A stretch of DNA of 64,000 nucleotides from Chlorokybus atmophyticus (taxonomy: Eukaryota; Plantae; Mesostigma and Chlorokybus algae): positions 1-64,000 of the forward strand of contig RHPI01001715.1 of NCBI GenBank assembly GCA_009103225.1. The letters run 5' to 3'. Below, in pieces: positions 24,313 through 36,000 of the stretch; position 1 is the first letter of the stretch; every line of letters starts with the position of its first letter. The translations under genes were made by a program, and so were the position numbers. The notes under the pieces are model-generated. The model was not told the origin of the DNA and made no database searches. It saw only the letters and a list, made by a program, of their open reading frames with translations.

Positions 24313-27240
24313 TCACCTTTCCTTTTTTGGTCCTGTCAGCGTCCTTTGTTCCAACAACCTTCTTTTTTTTTTTTTGTCACCCTGCACATCCTGGCAGGCG
24401 CTCTCCGTGGCACTGTCACTCAGAGGAGGTAAGGCGTTATCTTCTTGCTCCACAGCCTTGCGCTTGTTGGTTGCCTCCCGTTCCTCCACGACCTCATGTT
24501 GCTTCATGAGGTCGAGCATGAAGCCTTTGTCTTTCAGCGCAGCTTTCAGGACACCTCGATCAATCTCTTTACCAACAAGACAGGCTGGGATCAATGTGGC
24601 AAGCTTAGAGGGAGAGGGCGAGCTACAGCTGCTTCTTGATGGAGATGCCTCCGGATGGTCAGAGTGCGGTGGCAAGTGAGTCTCCGCGGCAGGAAGGGAG
24701 GGTGCTGAATTGGGATTGCGAGCATGTGGCTGTGGTTGAGGGGAGGCAGGATGTGCAGAACACTCGGCTACTTCTTGCCTAGCACACGAAGGCGAGGCCT
24801 GAGGCGTTGGCGCAGCACTCTGGGTCACAGCCGGTGGTAGCGGGGAATTGGCAACGCCATTCCGCCACTCTCCGATCAGGTGTGTTACCTCCGGTGGCAC
24901 TTCATGCATAGGCCACGACCACTGTTCGGTGCTTGCAGGCTTGAGGAGCCAAAAGTGTGCTTCTGGCTCATCAGAAGCAGTGTTGCCCACCACCAGGACT
25001 GAGTTGGGGGCTTCTTTATTTCCAACCCACACTGCGCTGCCGGGCCGTGGCACCCACTCCCCATGCTCGCGCTGAACGGTCACGCAGCCAATCAACAAGC
25101 CCAGCTTGTTGGCAAACATGGTCATCTGCAGGTGCTCGACGTACACATCTTTTCTCCGCACGATCTGTCGCACCTTGGCCATGGCTAGGTCAATGTTGCA
25201 GTTGATATCAGCCAACATGGTCGCAGGCAGTTTGTCGTAATACTGCGCCATCTCTCCCGCGGCACCAGTGGCTCTGCAGAAGTCTAGAATTCTGCTCGCC
25301 ACGCCTGCATCGACAGCCTTAGCGGTGATTTTGCGGAGAGTGTGCCCCCTGTCGTCGTCGTCCATGGTGTCCAGCATGGCCCAAAATCTGCTCGAGCTGG
25401 GGCACTTGTGATCATCCAGGACACTTTGCGCTATGGATGGCCTGGCGCGAAATACACAATGGTAGAAGCAATTACCACCCGCTGGCGCATTGAAGTGGTC
25501 CCATGAGGCGAGCTGGCCACCTAGCATGACTGATGGCCGTATGCGGGTTGCGGCCAGCTCCTCTGATGACTCGCTGGCAGGTGGTGACCCCTGCTGCATG
25601 CGCATACAGCACTGACATGGTGTGTCCAACTGTGGACGGCAAGAGTCACAGTGACTGATAAAGTACCTGAGTTTGGGGCAGACTGCCGGCTTCAACTTGC
25701 AGCGGGTGGGGTAAGGTAGGTGCAGAAGCCACATCGGTTGTTGCATTGTGCTGTGGTCTCGCCGGTGGCGGCAAGAAGGATTGTTGCCCCGCAATCACCG
25801 GTGCTGCTCGTGGAGGAGATGGCAGTGCACGAAGGACTGGTGCCGCGGAAGGTGGTTGCGCTCTGGCTGGGAGGGGAGCAGGAGCTGCAGGTGAGACCAC
25901 TTGTACATGCAGCAAGGGGGGCTGTATACAGGACCCAGGATAAGATGGCTCACAATGTTGCAACAGGACGAATATAAGCTTATGCAGTGCCTGACGCATT
26001 GTTACCAAGGCACGAGCATAAAAGACAACGACTTACCTCAATGGTCCGTGGGCTGCATGGAGCAGGGGAAGCCATGGGGGCTGACAAGGTGGTATTGGCT
26101 GCACTCTCCCCGCCACCCTCGATGGCAGACTCGTCACGGAGCTCGTGAGCCATGGGCACATCATGCGCCACTGCCCCAATGGACATGTCGGGATTCAACA
26201 GGCCAACATGCATGTTAAACTGATGCCGCATTGCCGCCGCGCCCATCAGCAAGTGGGATTGAAGGACCAGTTGATGGGATTGAATCCAGGCTTGCATAGG
26301 AGCTCCAACAGGACCTAGTGCACTGTGGTGCTGTCAACCAATTACATGTGGGTTAGCTGCATGCTTGCGACACTGCAAATGCAATAGTCAACTGCGTCAC
26401 ACCGTTAGCAGTTGGTTGCTTCGAACAGTCACCTGCAGCATTGCTGCTTGATGCACGAATGATTGCATGGACTGCGTCATTGCTGGTTGATGCACTATTG
26501 GTTGAATGCCGGACGAATGGCCACGCGCTCCTGTGCTCAAGCCCAGCCTACTTCGTTTGGCACGCGCGCGCGCCTTCGCACGCTTACGCACATCCTAGCA
26601 TGCAAAGGTAGGCATGCATTGGAGCCGACATTGCAGTCAACATGCACAACGCGATTGGCAACAACATACCGCCGCCAAGCTCTGTCTATCTGCTCTTGCT
26701 TCCGCAATGTCGGCTTGACTGTAAGGTGGGTATGGGTGAATGGAGGCCTGCAGCCACACTACATATATCACATGGACTGCGCTAAAAAACAAATTGCTCT
26801 TGCAAGGAAATGCATGTGACTGTTGAGCGTACCTCTGCATTCCTTTGTGCTTGTTCCCACAGCCGCAATTGGTCCCGCATGGTTCTGACAAGGGGCTCTA
26901 AGGACTGCAGCTCTTGATCCAGTCCTTGTTGCAGAAAGCGAGCCACCAAGCAGCTCTCTGTGTGAAGATGGTCTTTAATGGCTTGCCTGCTGGTTTGTCC
27001 AATGTTGGTGATGCATGTTGGACAGCCCCATTGCTGACGCCTGCCACGATCCATAACGTGGCGACCGGTAGTAGCTGGCTTCGCTGCTTGAACTCTTACG
27101 ACCACAACTTCTCGCAAGATGTGCCACGCCGCCGCCGCCGCCGCTGCCTCCTCCGACTCCTGGTCCTCTGCCTCCTAGTCGAACCCAGGCCCATCAAGCC
27201 TGACATTCGACCCGTCATCGACCTGGTGCCCCTGCGTGCC
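24313..27240 (-). CDS. OTU-family cysteine protease (deubiquitinase-like) gene, copy A, multi-exon; may continue through 23700-24250
   Basis: OTU core ~24945-25500: FNAPAGGNCFYHCV (DGNCFY in copy B), LRKITAKAV, VYVEHLQMTMFANKLGLLI, His box EAHFWLLKP; upstream WGCPTCITNIGQTSRQAIKDHLHTESC (Zn-finger-like, ~26950-27030); downstream KRK/KKKKRR basic motifs. Exon structure 5' of 25800 uncertain. Confidence 0.7.
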
Positions 27241-27681
27241 ATCATCCGGCCATCAATGAAGCGTGTTTGGGTGAGTGCACGCTAACTCCCATTTGGGCTG
27301 ATCGAGTAATGCCTCTGTCGTACCATGGATGGTATGACAGAGCCATTGTACGGCAATCGCTGGGGTTGGACGAGAGATGCCTATGTCGTATCATAAATGT
27401 TACAACACAACTATTCGTACAACCATTGTTACCAATGGTTGTACGAAGCATGGATGGCACGAATGCATAAGTCGTACCATCAAGTATTAGTCGTACCATC
27501 AACCATAGGAGCAAGGACGCACTACAAGTGCGACTCTAGTGCGGGACTCTAAACGTTCAAAACCGCCTCATTTTCGTTTTCGCGCCTCGTACATTCGGGC
27601 GGGCCAACCGGCAGCGGCAGCGTTGGAGGCGGCAGCGCCACTATCAGCTAAACAGGCGGCACCCGACTATCAGTTGGAGAG

Positions 27682-29526
27682 ATGCCTCGTGGTCCATCCG
27701 TAAGTGCACCTCGTCGTGGAGGTCGGCGCCAGTTGTCCACATTGCCCCCAGTGTTCAACCAGGCAACCGTCGCCAACCAATCGCAGCAAGACCCCGCGCT
27801 AAGGCCCAGCACATTACAACAACTCCACCTGACACCGCAGTCGCAAGGGCAAGCTAGAATGCATGCGTTCTTGATGCACTGTGCACGTTGCTTCTTGCTC
27901 AACTTCTAACTTAGATGCTTGCTTCTTTCATGACTAGCACAGTGACTCACTACATGCGTTCTGGATACACTGTGCACGTTGTTCTTCTTTTGCAACTGTG
28001 AGGGTTGCATCTTTTATGGCTGGCAGCATGACTCATGTGGTTGTGCTTGCAGAGGGTCGATTGGAACCCCCAACCTCAACGCATTTGGCCGTGACGTGGC
28101 AACCTCGGCTGTCAGCAACCCTTCCCCAAGCAATTGGAAGATTGGCAACGAGGTAAGCACTGTGTGACACTGTGACACTGTGTGTATGCGTGTAACGGAT
28201 TGTTCTTCTGTGGACAGCATTTGCGAGATGCCGTCGTCAAAATCATAAACGGCCACTGGGTAGAGAGCCACGTTTATCCCAAGGAGGACACTATTCGTAA
28301 CGTCATGTGTCAGGTGCTATGAATGCTTCATGACCGCACTGCACCGTGACACTGACCAACCTGCCCGTAACAGGTAGTTGGCTTCGACCATGACAACGAG
28401 GCCGATGCGGCCAACTTCTATGAGGTGTACTGGACTCCCAAGGAGTGCCCCTTCCACTGGAGTGTCGCCCTGAAGAAAGCTACGCAGGTCCGGTCTGAGA
28501 ACGTCACCAAGATCAAGCATGTCCTTAAGAAGGAGTACAGGTGGACACTGTTTAACAGCGACAAGCGCAAGTGAGTTGGGTCCCTCACCACCATGTCTGC
28601 TATGCAACACTACCTTCTTACTCAGCCTCCATACACACGTACTCATCTCGCCTATTGTAACCGATTCAATCAGGCACATCGACGCCCTAATGGACCCCGA
28701 GACCCAAAAAGCCCAGATGCGCAACGCGCTCCAAAGTAAGTCACAGGCACTATTCTAGCCTGGTGCAGGCTCAACTTGAACTATCTATTTCGTGACTAAT
28801 GCCTTGTCGGTATGACTGTCGCAGACAAGTCATGGCGGAGATTGGAGGTGACCGACACTGCAGACCCGGAGCGGAGGAGATACATCCATGAATGGGGCAA
28901 TCCCATAATCTGGCAAATGATCGTGCAATGCTGGTCTTATGCCGTCACTACACCTGGTCGCCGGCAGCTGAAAGTCAACCACCTCGCATACCTGTTGCTT
29001 ACGGTGAGCACTTTGAACTCCATCATTTGCTAATGATGGAGTTCAGCAATTCAGGAATGCTGTAGCCCCAAACTACAGGCTTGCAGACGCGTTGCAGTGA
29101 ATATTGGCTTTCGATGCCACTAAGACATGCCTGTAAACTACGCAGGTGGAGCGCATCCTAAAGGGCAAGGATGGAGACCCTCTCCTAGCTCCCAGCATAG
29201 ACACACATGAAGAGTACCTCAGCGAAATCAACACCATGATCATGTCAATGAAGCGGGAGATGAGGCAACGGTACGCAGCCCTCCAGCCATTCACCCTTGT
29301 GAAACGCCGCACTGCATCTTGTGTCAAATACCTGAAAGATCCCAATCGGCGCCGGCCGCAAGAGACAGCAGCTCGTGACCCGCTCGCTGAGGCAGAAGCG
29401 GCATTTGATTGGCTGGCACAACCGTTTGAGGAGGAAGAGCAAGCTCCGGCGTCTCCTCCACAGGCCCCAGCGCGTGGTGCTTTGTTCCGTAATGACGAGA
29501 CCAGCGATGATGGAGAGGAGCTGTAG
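27682..29526 (+). CDS. Uncharacterised multi-exon passenger gene of the Plavaka element, copy A
   Basis: GT-AG-bounded open exons: HLRDAVVKIINGHWVESHVYPKEDTIRNVMCQ, VVGFDHDNEADAANFYEVYWTPKECPFHWSVALKKATQ, HIDALMDPETQKAQMRNALQ, KSWRRLEVTD..EWGNPIIWQMIVQCW, VERILKGKDG...SDDGEEL* (TAG 29524-29526); divergent from the OTU gene; no family recognised. Confidence 0.6.
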
Positions 29527-29904
29527 CGCAGTTGGTAGTCCGTTTAGCTGGTAGTGTACATAGCTACAAGGCTCTTGTGACTGAGTGTTGTGCATCTTAA
29601 ACCAGCTCAGTCAATCGTCATTATTCTCATGCACATCAGTACTTGCATCCCTATGATGTACAACGGAACTGCATTCGAGTCACATAATCAAACTACAAGC
29701 CTTGGGAAGTGACTGAGAGACACTGTACACATTTCAGGTACATGTACACAGCACAGGCACATAATAATGCTGGAAGTCAGTGACAGTCGCGTGTAGTCAA
29801 GCTATGCAAATACATATGACGACAGTTAGGCATTAGTCACCTTCAGTTGTTAAAGAATGCCTTTATTTTTGTCGATAATTACCTAGTTGGTGCTTGTGAA
29901 TTAG

Positions 29905-30200
29905 GCTTGGTCGCCTGCGCTGATCTGGTGTGTAACCTGCAGGTGCCTGTCACATAGGCTAAGTCACCTAAGTAAGACTGATGTGTAACTTACAGGTGCC
30001 CGTTGATTAGTTGTAGTCACCTAATAAGGCCTGATGTGTAACTAACAGTTGCCTGTAAATTACACAAAGTCATTTGTTAAGGCCTGATGTGTGACTAACA
30101 GGTGCCTGTTAATTATATATAGTCACCTGTTAAGGCCTGATAGGTAACTAATAGGCGCCTGTTAATTAGGCATAGTCAACTGTTAAAGACTAAATTGTAA
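29905..30200. repeat. Subterminal tandem array (~53-bp unit, ~5-6 copies), Plavaka copy A
   Basis: Unit approx. GGCCTGATGTGTAACTAACAGGTGCCTGTTAATTATATATAGTCACCTGTTAA, ending ~150 bp inside the terminus. Confidence 0.85.
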
Positions 30201-30351
30201 CAAAAAGGGCCTCATAGTAACGGAAGTTACTGTTAGGTCCCTGTATCAAGATTACAGGTGGCCTGAGCCACGACAATCTAAATTGATGTCCTCAGGTGCA
30301 CGGCCGTTGCCAATATTTAGTCGGCCGGCAGGGAAAACATATTGCGACGTG

Positions 30352-30570
30352 GTAACGATGCTCTCTCGCTTAATTACTCCGGAAATTCAAGGCATTGGGC
30401 TTAATGTCCCACGCGCTTTCTGTTGGCATGTCTAGATGTTGTGGTTGCATGACTTGATCTCTATGCGCAAAATAGCAACAGTAAGCATCTCGGCGGTGAG
30501 CAGCTTCAAAGAGCATTTGCTGAGTCTGTGCCCAGCATCGCAAGCAACTACTACTGCAGAGGGTCGTGAT
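30352..30570. repeat. Diverged dispersed repeat abutting the Plavaka A terminus (inverted homolog of 9660-9850)
   Basis: Alignment with 9660-9850 runs up to the base next to the ..GCGACGTG terminus. Confidence 0.65.
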
Positions 30571-30739
30571 TCAATAGTTTACATTGCGCACATGTGAAAA
30601 GTTCAGAACAACGACAATCGCAACTTCAACTTGTGCATGCAAGCTTACCTTGGCAATGCTCGGAGCAGGGGGCAGAGTTTCACAGCCATTGTGCAAATAC
30701 TATAAATCCCAACTCCGAACAAATATTCATTGCTTAATG

Positions 30740-30950
30740 CCAACTCCAGTGAGAAATCATTACATATTACTTTCAACTCACCAAAACACCTTGCTGTGTT
30801 TTTGATTAAGCCCTAAGAGTGAGTGAATATTCATTACCAAACCATAAACACCTGCTAGTAATTTTAACTACGTTTTAAGTGTGAGTGAATGTTCATTACC
30901 GAATCAAAAACACCTGCTAATAATTTTAACTAAATCCCAAGTGTCAATGA
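30740..30950. repeat. AT-rich tandem repeat (~61-bp unit, 2-3 copies)
   Basis: GTGAGTGAAT(A/G)TTCATTACC..A..A.AAACACCTGCTA.TAATTTTAACTA repeated from ~30820 and ~30880, with a degenerate copy upstream. Confidence 0.75.
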
Positions 30951-31249
30951 AAGATCAGGCTACTGCACTGCATTTATGCTAATAAATGTGTTTATTAATT
31001 CTATACAAATTTTTACACAAGCCGCTTAACTATAACTACCCTACTGCTCGTGCGGTTGTCAAGCCCCGTGTGGCACCTCTGCTTCCAGACCATTCATCAG
31101 TCTTTGTAGTCGTCTTCTCAAGCTGTCTGCCTCTCGAGAACAAAACCGAATACTTTAAAGCTGCGCGCCATACAACGACATGTAGTTGCTCAGCACATGT
31201 CAACCCACATGACTGTGTCATGCACGCACTTTCAACTTGAAAGCATAGC

Positions 31250-32954
31250 TGAACACTTATATCAGTTGTATCTGTTGAAATATCGGCGCGTTTTGCACGA
31301 TTAGACCAGCTTGTAGCCCATTTATAAAATTTTCCAAATAAACCATGACAAACAGCCCGCACGCAACTCTATCTTGCTGCTGAGGGACCTTCACGAGCCA
31401 GTGTGTCAACGCTTGCCAACCAAACGCATGTGCATGCATCAAATCAGGCTTGTGACAAGATGTGGGTGTAGCATCATCACTAGTGCAATGCATCGTGTGC
31501 TACCTGCGGTACAGTAAGCTAGACCTGCTCTGGAGAATATCGTCGCTGCGAGGCACTTCCATGCTTTCTGCCGCACATATAGTCAATATAAGCGCGCATG
31601 GTCTGTCAACGTTGCGATGCAAGCCAAGTGAGTCGAGATGCACGGGTAAGCGCGGTGTGTTGCTTCCAAAGTCGGTAAAGATTGCACACGAGTAGCAGGC
31701 TTCAGTGAGTCCTGTGTACACAATCAGAGTGATGCCATAGTTTTTAGCACAGCAGCAATGCAGCAAGGCATATAACCTTGACGCTTATTCTCATCGCGTA
31801 TCTGGGTTGAAAATCACTCTTAAGAAGTCCTTAACAAATGGATCACTCTCCCACCTGTCTATCCAATGATTGCTCGTGTGCCAGCTATCTTGTTCATGGC
31901 AGATTACGATCTTGGTGTAGTAATGCGGGTTAAACAACTTCATGTGAATGCTGTCAGCTCTACCCAAGAGCTCCTCTTCCCTGTGTCTGTGCGCACGTGA
32001 TACGTACATATCAGACACACGAATAACACCGACCCGAAAAACCTCATACCTGCGAAAGAAGTGGAGGATGGTATCATTGAGCACTTGTCTGCCATCCAGC
32101 AACCTTTTGTCCGTTTTGGACACTGGCACCGCATCACATGCACCAAGGTAAAATGAACAACGGCTGCGGCATTAGCGGCTGTGGGTTGCTAACAAGTCCA
32201 TCCAGCGCCATGATCTCATCATCACTGCTCACGAGGTCCACAATTGCCGCAGCCATCGCAGCTGTTGATTACAATCGTCTTCTGCATCTTCATCATCAAT
32301 TTCTATCGCGAGTGCCTTTGCAGCCATAGATGGTTCAATTACCCAATGAAGACCACAACGAAAATGCACAAGGTCACACAGCAGCTGACCGTTGTTAGCC
32401 TCATCTCCGCACTCTTCAATGCTGTCTTGACCCCCAATCTCCGTAGATGGTTGTGAAACCATACCACTGCTGCTAGGCATAGAATGACGAGCGAGACTTT
32501 TTGTTGGAGGCTGTGCAGGAGCACCCCCTTCTCCGTATGCAGCACATTGCGAGCGCATGATTTAAAGCATGCTGCCAATAGCATGCCGTCGATAGAGGCT
32601 GTTTGGGCACGTCGCACAGATTTGCAAAGCTAGTTCGTTGCAGCTCCTGACATGGCACCTATGTTCGGAAGATCACAATTGAGATCGATATTTTTTTTTG
32701 TCAGTACAGTTCAAAGCACTTGCTGCGATATTGTTCACTTACTTATGCCTAGGGCACTCCAAGTGATCACCTTCCACAGGTGGTAGTCTGACACATCGCC
32801 CGTGGTAGCTTTGCCAACAACTTTCGACATCGCAGCCGAATATGATGCCTCCATCCTTACAGACAAGCAGTGCTCTTCGTATTTTCGCTGCTAATTCATC
32901 CAGCTCCAGCCTCGGTCTCATCCTGCAAATCAATTCTCTGATTCTCCATGTCAC
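31250..32954 (-). pseudogene. PHD-C5HCH-like zinc module + Ulp1 (peptidase C48) SUMO-protease gene, decayed
   Basis: (C)LVCKDGGIIFGCDVESCWQSYHGRCVRLPPVEGDHLECPRHK|intron|CHVRSCNELALQICATCPNSLYRRH (32570-32880); Ulp1 motifs LLDGRQVLNDTILHFF, LFNPHYYTKI, PVHLDSL and VPQQQDRVACGLFVMVYLENF (31310-32130); stops and frameshifts. Confidence 0.78.
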
Positions 32955-33029
32955 ACAACAGATCGTGTATCAGGGCATCACAATTACGAAGAGTACCCCA
33001 TGTACTCAAAATGTCATGGCATGTGCTCC

Positions 33030-36000
33030 ATGACACCTCACTCGAGGCGCTGTTGCTTTTGTTTTCCCAGTATACAACCGTTTTGTATACTGGGAACCTG
33101 ACACCGAGTATACAAGACGGTTGTATGTGATGCCAAGACTAATGAAACGTAAGGACAACAAATCCATTCATGGACTAATCTGACCTCACCGGAGTGTCGC
33201 GGTGCTTGTCTCTGCGCATGAGACTGCGCCTGTCTTTTACAAGTGCTACTGTTGTTTTGTCGTTATATGGATCGATACCCTTAAACCACTAAACCTTTAC
33301 CTGCAGGCAAGCGGGCACATGTATAAGCTAATTCTGCTCTACTATCATTACTACACGCGCAAAAACAAATACAACACAACTACTTACGAGGTTGCAGTCA
33401 AGGTAGGTTGTTTATGCAAAGAGCGGCTTGTCTTTACGTAGTATGACAAAGTCCCAACGGTGCTGCACTTGCTTGCTCATGTACCACCTCGGCTTGAGTA
33501 GCTAGTGCTCCCAACCGACACTTTAATAGCAAACGATTGCACCCTGCCATACCAGTGGACCTTTTTTGGTCGGTCATCCGCCTCACGCCCAACGATGAAC
33601 ATGCCGCAGTCCATGGTGCGGAGCTTTTTGTCAGCTTCCTCAGCTCTCAACTAGCTAATATCTTTGTAACGTGCTCGGTAGTATTGCAATATGCGCTTTG
33701 AAAAGATAGGACCGCTTAACAGTTTGTGCACGTGCTTTGTAAGCTCCTTGTAAGGTCCACGCCATTGATGCCGCTCAGTCATGTGCTCCATATCACTAGT
33801 CGGCACATTCCCTTTTGCTTGAGCCCGTTCACGTGCCTTCCATCTCTTGTCCACCTCCCGGCTAAACTTTCTGAATTGCGTGACAACCCCGTTACACAAG
33901 TGTCGTATGTGATGCATTGACATACGACACAAAACAATTCCTAAAACAGCGTACTCATAGCATCTTGTACTTATCGTCATTCTTTGTCAACCACCACTCC
34001 AGCTCCTGTCTTGTCTTGCTATCCTTGGCAAACTCAACACGGTGTTTACGCCTGCAGAGCACATAGTCATCATTTCGCTCCTTGTCCGATCGAAGACTAA
34101 TATCCGAGATAATTTTCTTCAGCGAGTCCATATAAGTGTTCAACATAAGTTGTAGGGAATATTTGCAGCAATAACATGCCTTTGATGCATGTCCAACAAC
34201 GAAAACAATAGAGAAGGAGGTTGCACGAATAATATAGTTGACCCAGACAAGACTTGCCGTTGGCAGATGCTAGTTTCCACATGTTGCCCAGAAAAAATCA
34301 TCCTCTTCACCCACTGCATAAACCGTTCATGCGCCCACTCCCAGTGGTCACGCACAGAACCGAGCCACATGCATTGCTTCCGTAAGTGACTAAGCAGGTG
34401 CAGCATCATAGTGAGAGAGGTCTTCGGGAAGAACAGCTCCATCTCAAATTGTATCTCATGCACAAGCACCTGCATCGAATAATGCAAGTTGCGCATGCGA
34501 TAAAAACTTAGCATACGTACGGGAGTAATGGAGCCATTGGATAATTCAACCGCGGTTCTTTACGGTGTGAATGCTTCACCTCCAATGCTATCATCCTTTA
34601 ATAATTGTTACACAGTTTAAAGATTGTATTCTTCTGATGTTCACCTATATCTTGTGCAAAGAGCTGCACGTACTGAAAACCCACCAACCACAGGTTGTGT
34701 TTGTCGCGCGATTTTATCAAACCTATGTGTGCACTACTTTTGACTTGCTGTGTACAGCAATTCCTTATTAAGACATTCATTTGCTTCAGAAGCAGTGCTG
34801 CACCATGCCTACTGTCTCACTTAAGTGCTTCGTGAAAGATTGGAGTTTAGAGCCGAAAGTGCTTGACACTCTCACGCACGAGAGTAGTTTCTCTACCAGC
34901 CCTACATCCATGATAGCCCTACATCCATAGAGCCTGAGGTTTCACCTTGACGACTACTTCCTTTCTATCTACAACCTTCATCTCTGTCTGCAGCGCTCAG
35001 CACAACCATCATCACCCAAAGGCACAAACTGCGTGTGCACATCACACACGTCGCATAAGCTGGCCATATGTAAAGGGAAGGTACATCAATTACCACAAAT
35101 CGACTGTAAAAGCACCAAGTCTTTTGTGGTCGAGTGGTTTGTGACATTGGTCATCGGAGCTTGAGACCCGGGTTCGATTCCTGCCTCGCACACGAATTCC
35201 GCGGTCGTTGTTTCTCGATCCAATAATCGTAAATGGTCACTTTATGAGTGCCATCATCGATGGGTCGCGACTTGCCTAATGGCAGTCGCGCCGAACTGAC
35301 CAGTTTAGTCGGCGCGGCAGGGCGCGACCTGCCTATCGCGGCGACGCGACCTGTGGGGCCGGCAGCGGCGCGCTATGCGCGCGCTGACCGGTTTGGGCCT
35401 AGATTGGCCGGTCCTTGGATGGTGGGGCCGGTGACCGACCCTAAATCAGACCCCTGGGAAGATTCCCCAGCTGATGGCCGCCAGCTGCCGAGGACGTCAG
35501 CGTTCTTAAGTGGGGGAGAATGTAACGGGAAGGTACATTAATTACCACAAATCGACCATAAAAGCACCAAGTCTTTTGTGGTCGAGTGGTTTGTGACACC
35601 ATACCTCTAGCGAGAGGTCTGGCATGCGACCTTGCTACCGCAGATCTTCTCTTGTCTCGTCGCTGTCGCGCAAGCTAGCAAGCAGATTGGCCAAGTTGGT
35701 TGCCAGGGCAAAGATGTGCATGGGGCCAACCACATGACCCTTGTTGAATTGTTGTAAAAGCAGCCAATATGGAAGATTGTGATAATTGCTCAAGCCAATG
35801 ATGCTAGACGACTTGCAAAAATGTCTCTTGCAATCAATCAATTGAATGCTGGCTTTTGCGTGATGTCATCGCATACCTGTGTGTATGACATCCATTGCTT
35901 CAAGCTGTGTCACATTGCTATCTTCAGCACTATTGCTTAAGCAATGAGTTGATATTGCTTACCAATACACGCTCTCCGCAGTTCGCAATGGAGGTGCATG

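Larger units (their letters stand above)
19000..30351 (+). mobile_element. Plavaka-type DNA transposon with cargo genes, copy A (left end not located)
   Basis: Plavaka-like transposase plus three passenger genes; 20355-30350 is repeated in inverse orientation at 54457-64000; homology stops sharply at ...ATTGCGACGT(G) 30350/30351 (reverse complement CACGTCGC), preceded by a subterminal tandem array. Confidence 0.8.

Noticed and set aside
35120-35195. tRNA gene (A and B boxes, T-arm); likewise in TRIM-2 and TRIM-3
   Set aside because: No acceptor or anticodon stem; the segment spans an LTR end and PBS, so it is treated as part of the TRIM.
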